A program made the translations under genes and the position numbers. A stretch of DNA of 24,269 bases, from assembly GCA_050506795.1 (NCBI GenBank), contig JBJHCF010000060.1, forward strand, positions 1 through 24,269, in the 5' to 3' direction. Origin of the DNA: Opitutia bacterium. GTDB taxonomy: Bacteria; Verrucomicrobiota; Verrucomicrobiia; Opitutales; T3Sed10-336. The notes beneath the pieces are model-generated. The model saw nothing but the letters and a program-made list of their open reading frames with translations. It was not told where the DNA came from and searched no databases. Shown in pieces: positions 7,830 to 15,098 of this stretch. The number at the start of each line of letters is the position of its first letter. Position 1 is the stretch's first letter.

Positions 7830-8732
7830 ATGAAAAAACCGATACATTACTTTCCCCTCCTCTTTTTCGCCTTTGCGGCTGCCACGGTCGCTTCGTTGTC
7901 GGCCCAGCAACTCGACACCCTCGGCATCAGCGACGTGCAGGTCAACCCGGCGGTACGCGAGTCCGTCGGTCAGGCCGGAAAAACGAATGCGATGAACCGC
8001 GTGCTGGAAGCACTCGACGGCCAACTGATCGATCGCATCAACAACACCCGCAAGTTCCAGATCGTCGGCCGCAGCGACCTGCCCGCCATACTGCGGGAGC
8101 AGGACCTGGCGGAATCCGGCTTGATCGCCGAACGTCCGGCCGACGCGCCCGAACTGCGCGTATCCGGAGTCAACTACATCCTGGTCCCGGTTGTGGACGA
8201 CTTTCAAGACTACGTCGAGACGGCGGAGTTCGAAGCAATCGGTCAACGCGCCCAACGACGAATCGTACGCTTCTCCACGGTGGCGCGCGTTTACAACGCC
8301 GCCGACGGACGGTTGCTCGAATCGGCCAACTTTCAAATCAGCAACCGGGATGTGGCCGAACAGGCCGGCCATGTATCGCGAGATGGCGATTTGAGCGATA
8401 GAATGCTGGTCGCCATCACCCGCGAGATGGCCGAGCGGATTGCCCTGCGGGTGATCGATGTCACCCACCCGGCGACCGTGCTCGCCAAGACAGGCAACCA
8501 GGTGACAATCAACCGCGGCGACGGCGCCGGCATGGTTCCGGGCGAAACCTGGGAGGTGTTTGCGATCGGCGAGGAGTTGATCGATCCCGGCACCGGTATT
8601 TCGCTTGGACGGGAAGAGGTCCCGGTCGGTGAAGTGGTGATAAACCGGGTAAATCCGCTGGTCTCCACCGCCCTGATCGAGGAGGATTACGGGATTGAAC
8701 GCCTCCATGTATTGCGGCGTAAGAACCCGTAA
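7830..8732 (+). CDS. Secreted CsgG/HfaB-family protein with FlgT-C-like C-terminal beta domain
   Basis: Signal peptide LSA-Q. NTRKFQIVGRSDLPAILREQDL, ARVYNAADGRLLES. C-terminal VTINRGDGAGM.PG..WEVF..GEELIDP.TG..LG.EE..VG. Confidence 0.82.
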   Translation: MKKPIHYFPLLFFAFAAATVASLSAQQLDTLGISDVQVNPAVRESVGQAGKTNAMNRVLEALDGQLIDRINNTRKFQIVGRSDLPAILREQDLAESGLIAERPADAPELRVSGVNYILVPVVDDFQDYVETAEFEAIGQRAQRRIVRFSTVARVYNAADGRLLESANFQISNRDVAEQAGHVSRDGDLSDRMLVAITREMAERIALRVIDVTHPATVLAKTGNQVTINRGDGAGMVPGETWEVFAIGEELIDPGTGISLGREEVPVGEVVINRVNPLVSTALIEEDYGIERLHVLRRKNP

Positions 8733-8748
8733 GCCGCCGCCGGCCGCT

Positions 8749-10185
8749 TTGTCCGTCGCGCCAAGTCGTCCCGAAAACCCCATCCTTTTCGGCGCGGCCC
8801 TGTTGGTGCTGGTTTTCCTGGTCAACGGGTGCGCCTCGTATTCCCACAATGTCTCCAGCCTGAATACCGCCTGGGAATCCGCCGATATCGAGCGGGCGGT
8901 GAGGCTGACCTCCGAGGCCGCGGACCGCAGCGACGGGGGCCGCAACGCCGTTCTATGGCACCTGGAACTCGGGGCCGCGCTGCGTATGGCGGGAGAATAC
9001 GAGGAGAGCAACCACGCCTTCGACGCCGCCGCCCAGCGCATCAACGAATTCGAGGAACGTGCCCGGGTGCGCCTCGGCATATCCGCGGCGGCGGCGATCA
9101 CCAACCTCAACGCACTGCCTTACGAGGGTTATGCCTATGACGCCATCATGCTGCACACCTACAAGGCCCTCAACTACATGGCGCTCGGCGACCTCGAGAA
9201 CGCACGGGTGGAACTCAACCGGTCGTTTCTGCGCCAGCGCGACGCGGTTCAGAACAATGCCCGCAGAATCGAACAGGCCCGGCAGGAAGCCCGGGAGGAA
9301 GCCGGCAAGGACGGCGTCGACGTCGACCGTTCGATGACCGACGAACGATTCCGGAGTCAGTTGAACGAAACCTACGCGCACCTCGAGGCGCTGCACGCCT
9401 ACGCGGACTACGTCAATCCCTTTGCGGTTTACCTGGAGGCCTTGTATTTTATGGCTCACCCCTGGAGTCTGGGCAGCGAACTCGAACGCGCCCGACTTTC
9501 GTTCGAAAGGGTCGGCGCCATGATCAGGGAGAACGAATATGTTATCCAGGATATCGCCTTGATCCACGAGATCCTGATGGGACGTCCGACCCCGGCCACC
9601 ACCTATGTGCTCTTTGAAACCGGACGTGGCCCGGTGCGGGAGGAAGTCCGCATCGATCTGGCGATCTGGGGACTGTCCCGGGATGTTCCCTACATCGGGG
9701 CGGCCTTTCCCGACCTTCGTTTCCGGGGACGGCACGACGCTCCGCTCACGGTGACGACCTCGGATGGCGTCCACCGGTCGGCCCGTCTGGCGAGCATGGA
9801 CAGTATCGTGGCGCAGGAATTCCAGAATGAAATGCCGATCGTAATCACCAAGACCCTCCTGTCGACCGCGGCCAAAGCCGCCGCCCAATACGCGGTGTCG
9901 GAGGCCACCCGTGACAGCGGCATCCTTGGCGCCCTGGTTTACCTCGGTGGAATCGTTTACCAGATTGCGATGAACCAGGCCGACACCCGGATGTGGCAAA
10001 CGCTTCCCAAGGAGTTTCACCTCTGCCGCATTCCCACCCCGGAAGACCGTCGCCTGACGCTGAGCACCGCCGGCTCCCTATCGAACATTGAGGTTGAGAT
10101 CGAGCCGGGAATCGTTAATGTAATCTACGTTAAATCGATCTCGCGCGGCACGCCCCTGGTCGTCCATCAGTTCACATTACAATGA
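8749..10185 (+). CDS. COG3014-like TPR lipoprotein
   Basis: Lipobox LVNG-C. LWHLELG, YEGYAYD..MLHTYKALNY, ARVELNR, YVNPF..YL, ADTRMWQTLP. The start is uncertain (TTG 8749 or ATG 8707). Confidence 0.8.
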   Translation: MSVAPSRPENPILFGAALLVLVFLVNGCASYSHNVSSLNTAWESADIERAVRLTSEAADRSDGGRNAVLWHLELGAALRMAGEYEESNHAFDAAAQRINEFEERARVRLGISAAAAITNLNALPYEGYAYDAIMLHTYKALNYMALGDLENARVELNRSFLRQRDAVQNNARRIEQARQEAREEAGKDGVDVDRSMTDERFRSQLNETYAHLEALHAYADYVNPFAVYLEALYFMAHPWSLGSELERARLSFERVGAMIRENEYVIQDIALIHEILMGRPTPATTYVLFETGRGPVREEVRIDLAIWGLSRDVPYIGAAFPDLRFRGRHDAPLTVTTSDGVHRSARLASMDSIVAQEFQNEMPIVITKTLLSTAAKAAAQYAVSEATRDSGILGALVYLGGIVYQIAMNQADTRMWQTLPKEFHLCRIPTPEDRRLTLSTAGSLSNIEVEIEPGIVNVIYVKSISRGTPLVVHQFTLQ

Positions 10186-10622
10186 AAGCACCCAATCTTC
10201 TTCGCCTTGCCATCACACTACCGGCCGCGGCTCTGCTGCTGGCGGGCGCCGCCTGCCAGACCTCCACCGTCGACACGGTGCAACCCGCCGAGTGGCGCGG
10301 CCAGCCCAACGTGGTGGAGGATGAACGCATCACCACCGACCGACGCCTGGCCCGCATAATCGAAGTGCGCGGTGTCAACGAGGCAACTGTAAGCAACGAT
10401 CTTCTGCGCGTTCAGGTGGAACTCCGCAACACCCGTCAGGGACTGCGGCGGTTCAACTACCAGTTCCAGTGGTATGACGACGAGGGAATGATCGTGCAGC
10501 AGGCCACCACCCCCTGGCGCACGCTGCAGATGGAGGGCGGTGAAATTGTTTCCATAACGGGGGTGGCGCCCAATCCGCGGGTGACCGATTTTCGACTCAA
10601 CCTAATGAACTCGACCCGATAA
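10182..10622 (+). CDS. ycfL: YcfL family (DUF1425) lipoprotein
   Basis: Lipobox GAA-C. LRVQVELRN, FNYQFQWYDDEG, PWRTL, ITGVAPNPRVTDFRL. ATGA overlap with the upstream stop. Confidence 0.88.
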   Translation: MKAPNLLRLAITLPAAALLLAGAACQTSTVDTVQPAEWRGQPNVVEDERITTDRRLARIIEVRGVNEATVSNDLLRVQVELRNTRQGLRRFNYQFQWYDDEGMIVQQATTPWRTLQMEGGEIVSITGVAPNPRVTDFRLNLMNSTR

Positions 10623-10656
10623 CGCACACGTACTTCCGGTCAATTTTCACTAAAGC

Positions 10657-10684
10657 GGGACCCGTCCGTGTTTCAGACGGTCCC
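10657..10684 (+). other. Intergenic GC-rich stem-loop between ycfL and lpoB
   Basis: GGGACCCGTC (10657-10666) pairs with GACGGTCCC (10676-10684) with one bulged C. There is no U-tract. Confidence 0.55.
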
Positions 10685-10717
10685 AATCGCTAACCGAACC
10701 ACAAACTTTATTCCGTC

Positions 10718-11353
10718 ATGAAGCAATCCGCCGTCCAACCCGAAAGCCGTTTTCGTTTGCGAGCCCTTGCCTCGCTGGCCGTCGCCGGTCTCTGCCTGAC
10801 CCTGATCGGGGCCGGTTGCCGCTCGGCGGCCTACGTCGACCCCGCGGGTCCGCGCACCATTGTCACCCTGGATGACATCAACATCCAGGACTGGAACGAA
10901 GCGGCCGACCGCATGATCGATTCACTCCTGACCTCGGGAGTCCTCGAACGGGCTCCAGAGCAACCGTCGGTGATGGCGGTCAGCCGAATCTCCAACCACA
11001 CGAGCATTCAGGTGGACACGAACATGCTCACGGGAAAAATCCGCCGCGATCTCAATCAGAGCGGAAAAGTCCTCACCACGACCACCATCGGCCTGGGCGG
11101 ACGGGTGGAAGATCCACTGGCGCAGACGGAACGGGAGTTCCAGGAATTCATGGAAGACCGTCCGAGCGAACAGCGCCGGCCCTATTTCAGCCTGTCGGGC
11201 CGTATCATGGAAGATCAGGTTCAGGCCGGGAGGACCCGGCAGGCGACCTACATCTTTCAACTGGCCATGACGGAAATCACCAGCGGTCTGGCGGTCTGGG
11301 AGGACGAAGTGATGATCACCAAACAAGGTACCCGGCCGGCCATCGGGTGGTAA
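10718..11353 (+). CDS. lpoB: LpoB-family lipoprotein (penicillin-binding protein activator)
   Basis: Lipobox GAG-C. D...A..MIDSLL, ISNHTSIQVDT.MLT.KIR..L..SGK, LSGRI, YIFQLAMTEITSGLAVWEDE..I.K. Located downstream of ycfL. Confidence 0.88.
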   Translation: MKQSAVQPESRFRLRALASLAVAGLCLTLIGAGCRSAAYVDPAGPRTIVTLDDINIQDWNEAADRMIDSLLTSGVLERAPEQPSVMAVSRISNHTSIQVDTNMLTGKIRRDLNQSGKVLTTTTIGLGGRVEDPLAQTEREFQEFMEDRPSEQRRPYFSLSGRIMEDQVQAGRTRQATYIFQLAMTEITSGLAVWEDEVMITKQGTRPAIGW

Positions 11354-11357
11354 GCTA

Positions 11358-11576
11358 ATGGCGCTGGTAAGATCGGAAACGGATCGTATTCTGGCCGGCG
11401 TATGCGGCGGTTTGGCCGCCTACCTTGGCTGGGACCCGACGCTGGTGCGGGTGATTTACGCGCTTCTGACCGTCTTCAGCGCCGCGTTCCCGGGGATCAT
11501 TGTTTACCTGATCCTCTGGATCCTCATGCCGCCCTCCGGAAAAAATCCGGGACTGACCAACCTGGAATTGAAGTAA
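11358..11576 (+). CDS. pspC: PspC domain membrane protein
   Basis: LVRSETDRILAGVCGGLAAYLGWDPTLVRV...YLILWILMP. Confidence 0.92.
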   Translation: MALVRSETDRILAGVCGGLAAYLGWDPTLVRVIYALLTVFSAAFPGIIVYLILWILMPPSGKNPGLTNLELK

Positions 11577-11597
11577 ACTCCGGGACGCGAAGCACCC

Positions 11598-12653
11598 TCA
11601 AGGCGCAACTTCGGCATCCTCGAACGGTTCCCAGGACGGATCCATACGGAAGGCGGAATTTCCGTCCGGCACCACCCCGGCCGGATCGTAGCGGGCGGCG
11701 AAAGCGATCATGGCCGCGTTGTCTCCCGAGTGTTCCGGCCGGGCCGCGTAAAAGGGAATATCCCGTTCCCCGGCCAGCCGGCTCAAACGCTCGCGCAACG
11801 AACGGTTATTGGCCACGCCCCCGGAAAGCCCCAGGCTGGCCACCTGGGCGGATTCCAGGACCTGGTTCGTTTTGGAAACCAAGGCTTCCACCACCGCCTC
11901 CTGATAACTGGCGCACAAATCGGCCCGCCGGGCGATGATCTCGTTTTCCGGCATTTCGGCCAGACGATACCGCAAGCTCGTTTTCAGACCGGAGAAGCTG
12001 AACTTCAGCGTTCGCTGTCCGGAAAACGCCCGGGGAAAGGCGAACGCGCGGGAATCCCCCTCGCGAGCGAGCTTTTCGATCTCCGGTCCGCCCGGATACG
12101 GTAAACCCAACAGTTTGGCGCCCTTGTCGAGCGCCTCGCCCGCCGCATCGTCAACCGTTCCCCCCAGCAACTTCGGGTGCAGATCGCGGTCGATATGCAC
12201 CAGAAGCGTATTTCCGCCGGAGACCAGCAATCCCAGGTGGGGCATCAAGCTCCGCAACCGAACCTCGAAGTTCTCTGGATCGTCCTCATGCAGCGGAATA
12301 AACGGGGAAAAGACATGGGCCCGCAAATGGTTCACCCCCACCAACGGCACCTGCGAGGAAAGTTGAAGGCTGCGAGCGAGCGCAATTCCCATTGCCAGGC
12401 ACCCCGCAAGACCCGGTCCCAGGGTGACGGAGATACGATCGTATTCCGCGCCGTTGGCATCGGCCTCCATCCGACGCAAGAGCTCGGGAAAGTTCTGCAG
12501 GTGCTCACGACTGGCCAGGTCGGGAACCACCCCGCCGTATTCGCGGTGCAGGGAGATCTGACTGGAAATCCATTGCCCCGCGACTCCCGACCGGTCGTCG
12601 AACAGCGCCAGCGCCGATTCGTCGCAGGAACTCTCAATCCCGAGTATCCTCAC
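11598..12653 (-). CDS. tsaD: tRNA N6-adenosine threonylcarbamoyltransferase
   Basis: ILGIESSCDE, YGGVVPDLASREH, GPGL, VNHxxxH, LLVSGGNT, DDAAGEALDK, FSFSGLKT, GGVANN, DNAAMIA. The GTG start overlaps the upstream stop. Confidence 0.95.
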   Translation of the reverse strand: MRILGIESSCDESALALFDDRSGVAGQWISSQISLHREYGGVVPDLASREHLQNFPELLRRMEADANGAEYDRISVTLGPGLAGCLAMGIALARSLQLSSQVPLVGVNHLRAHVFSPFIPLHEDDPENFEVRLRSLMPHLGLLVSGGNTLLVHIDRDLHPKLLGGTVDDAAGEALDKGAKLLGLPYPGGPEIEKLAREGDSRAFAFPRAFSGQRTLKFSFSGLKTSLRYRLAEMPENEIIARRADLCASYQEAVVEALVSKTNQVLESAQVASLGLSGGVANNRSLRERLSRLAGERDIPFYAARPEHSGDNAAMIAFAARYDPAGVVPDGNSAFRMDPSWEPFEDAEVAP

Positions 12654-13927
12654 ATCCCCGACAACCGGCCCAGATCGGCGTAGAGAAAAATCCCTTTGAG
12701 CACATCGATCGCCGCGGTCAACTGCTTGTCCTCGATGGGCGCGAAACCGAAACGTTCCTCGAACTCCTCCGGGGTCAGATCGGGACGGCTGCGCTGTTGC
12801 AGCAGTCTGGCTTCCTCTTCGATCGGAAGGTCTATCAGGATGTCGGGAGCGACTCCTCTTTCATGAATGGTCACCCCGGCCGGGGTGTAGTACCGAGCGG
12901 ACGTGTAGCGCAACGCGTCGCCGTTACGCAGGGGTTCGACGCTTTGCACCGATCCCTTGCCAAACGAGGTTTCGCCCACGATCACCGCGCGTCTGGTGTC
13001 ACGCAGCGCGCCCGCCACGATTTCCGACGCACTGGCGGATCCGGAATTTATCAAAACCACGATCGGGTACTCGCGCTCGCGGGCGGCGGTACGCGAACGG
13101 ATTTCCCGACGTGATTCCCGGTCGCGGCCCTGGGTGTAAACCACCATTTCACCACGATCGAAGAAAACCCCGGCCACATCGACCGAAGCGGACAAGAGTC
13201 CCCCTGGGTTATTGCGCAGGTCAATGATCAGACCGCGCATGCCGTCGTTCTCCAGACGCTCCACGGCGCCGGCGAACTCGGCCCCCGTGCGCTCGCCGAA
13301 CTGGGTGACCCTGATGTAGCCGATTCCTTCGTCGAGCAACGCGACATCGCGGACACTTTCCAGCGCGATGATCTCCCGAACGATGGTCATTTCCAACAAC
13401 TCCTCCGTTTTCGGCCGGTAGAGAGTCAACCGCACCGATTCACCCGGCGCGCCGCGCAGCAGTTCCACCATCCGATCACTGGTATAACCTTCCGTGTTCT
13501 CGCCGTTGACACGAACAATCTGATCCCCCGGCAGAATGCCGGCAGCCTCGCCCGGAGTGTTGGCGATGGGAGAAACCACCGTCACGCGACCGTCACGATT
13601 CTCGATTTGGATACCGATACCGCCATATTGCTGCTGAGTCTCCTCCTGCAGCGCGGTAAACTTCTCGCGCGAAAGGTACTGGGAATGGGGATCGAGCGAA
13701 CTCAACATGCCTTCCAGCGCCGAGTTGATCAGAGTATCGTAGTCGACCGCGTCCTCGTCCACGTAGTTCTCGTGAATGATTCTAAGCACCTGACCGAAGT
13801 GGGATAAACTTGAATAGTACTCCCCGCTGAAAGACGTTGTCCTGCGTTGCGACAACTGATAGGCGCCGAATATGATATTCGCCAGGACCAGGAAGAGAAC
13901 GAAGAAAAACAAATTGCGCTTGAACAT
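12650..13927 (-). CDS. ctpA: S41 family carboxy-terminal processing protease (PDZ plus catalytic domain)
   Basis: N-terminal TM, LDPHSQY, GGIGI, PDZ domain, IGYIRVTQF, IIDLRNNPGGLL, SASASEIVAG (Ser), SFGKGSVQ (Lys), ARYYTP.G..I...GV.PD. Start ATG 13927. Confidence 0.93.
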   Translation of the reverse strand: MFKRNLFFFVLFLVLANIIFGAYQLSQRRTTSFSGEYYSSLSHFGQVLRIIHENYVDEDAVDYDTLINSALEGMLSSLDPHSQYLSREKFTALQEETQQQYGGIGIQIENRDGRVTVVSPIANTPGEAAGILPGDQIVRVNGENTEGYTSDRMVELLRGAPGESVRLTLYRPKTEELLEMTIVREIIALESVRDVALLDEGIGYIRVTQFGERTGAEFAGAVERLENDGMRGLIIDLRNNPGGLLSASVDVAGVFFDRGEMVVYTQGRDRESRREIRSRTAAREREYPIVVLINSGSASASEIVAGALRDTRRAVIVGETSFGKGSVQSVEPLRNGDALRYTSARYYTPAGVTIHERGVAPDILIDLPIEEEARLLQQRSRPDLTPEEFEERFGFAPIEDKQLTAAIDVLKGIFLYADLGRLSGM

Positions 13928-13977
13928 GGTGGCTGCGGGGATGATTCGAATAGTTTTACCCGGATGACGCAAACCAC

Positions 13978-14005
13978 ATATTGTGCTGAAAAGTCGATCT
14001 GTCAA
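13978..14005 (-). promoter_or_regulatory. Putative sigma70 promoter of ctpA-tsaD
   Basis: Minus strand TTGACA-16 nt-CAATAT in the divergent intergenic region. Confidence 0.45.
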
Positions 14006-14009
14006 AGCC

Positions 14010-15017
14010 ATGGATAAAGAACCCGGACACCGGTCGACGCCTCTCGCCTCCCGAATCACCCGGCAAATTCGCTCTTCGGGCGCGATTACCTTCGCGGAAT
14101 TCATGCGGATCGCTCTCTACGACGAAGACGGCGGCTATTACCGTCGCGAACGGGACCGCATCGGAACACGCCCCGGCACCGATTTTGTCACCGCCTATTC
14201 CGCCGGGAACGTTTTCGCCGACCTGGTATCGACCGCCGCCACGAACCTCCTGGGCGTCGAGACGGCGGCGGGGCACGTCTGGGTCGAGCTTGGGGTCGAC
14301 CGGAACGGATCGCTGTGGGAGACCAAACCCATGCCGTATCGAGACCTGATCGTCCGCGGTTACGGTCAAACGGGACCCATGCCTCAGTCGGCGGTCCTTT
14401 TTTCCAATGAATTGTTCGACGCCCAGCCCTTCCACCGGGTGCGATTTCATAGGGGTTCGTGGCGCGAAGCCGGCATCACGACCGGCGCCGAACCCGGTGA
14501 ATTCCGGGAAACCCTGCTTGAGCAAATGTCGCCGCCCTGCGCCGCCTGGAGCCACCATCTGCCGGACGACGCCCCGGAAAACCACACCCTCGATCTCCCC
14601 ATCGGCGCCGTCGACCTCCTGGAGAGCCTCGTCGCCCCGACCTGGAACGGCCTTTTCCTGGCCTTCGACTACGGGAAAAGCTGGGAACAGTTGCTGCACG
14701 AACAGCCGCACGGAACCCTGCGCGGCTACTCCCGTCACCGGCAAACAACCTCGATTCTGGATAATCCGGGGGAGCAGGACATCACCGGACACGTCTGCTG
14801 GGACTGGATGCGCGAAATCCTCGAACGGCACGGATTTACCGACATCGCTTTGCTCGGACAGGAAGCGTTTTTCGTTCGCCACGCCGCCGGCGCCATCGAA
14901 AGAATCATCACCCGCAACCCCGGCCGCCCGGATCCCGATCGTCAACGCCTGCACCAGTTGATTCATCCGGGGAACATGGGCCAGAAATTCCAGGTTCTCG
15001 CGGCTCGGCGAAAATAG
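14010..15017 (+). CDS. SAM-dependent methyltransferase, MidA/NDUFAF7 family
   Basis: ITFAEFMRIALY...GYY, DFVTA, SNELFDAQP, FDYG, GTLRGY, PGEQDITGHV, MGQKFQVL. Confidence 0.9.
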   Translation: MDKEPGHRSTPLASRITRQIRSSGAITFAEFMRIALYDEDGGYYRRERDRIGTRPGTDFVTAYSAGNVFADLVSTAATNLLGVETAAGHVWVELGVDRNGSLWETKPMPYRDLIVRGYGQTGPMPQSAVLFSNELFDAQPFHRVRFHRGSWREAGITTGAEPGEFRETLLEQMSPPCAAWSHHLPDDAPENHTLDLPIGAVDLLESLVAPTWNGLFLAFDYGKSWEQLLHEQPHGTLRGYSRHRQTTSILDNPGEQDITGHVCWDWMREILERHGFTDIALLGQEAFFVRHAAGAIERIITRNPGRPDPDRQRLHQLIHPGNMGQKFQVLAARRK

Positions 15018-15098
15018 CCTTCCTTCCCCTCACCGCCTTTACATCGAAGGCCACATCTGGTTGGCTGACAACCCTTCAGGGAGAATAAACCTTTCACC

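Noticed and set aside
7830..8732. Curli secretion system
   Set aside because: No csgA/B/E/F-like genes are present, and the protein has an SPI-type signal and a FlgT-C-like tail. Only the fold is shared.
7818..10020. Long antisense ORFs (430 aa and 355 aa)
   Set aside because: They are shadows of the CsgG-like and COG3014-like genes, with no recognisable motifs.
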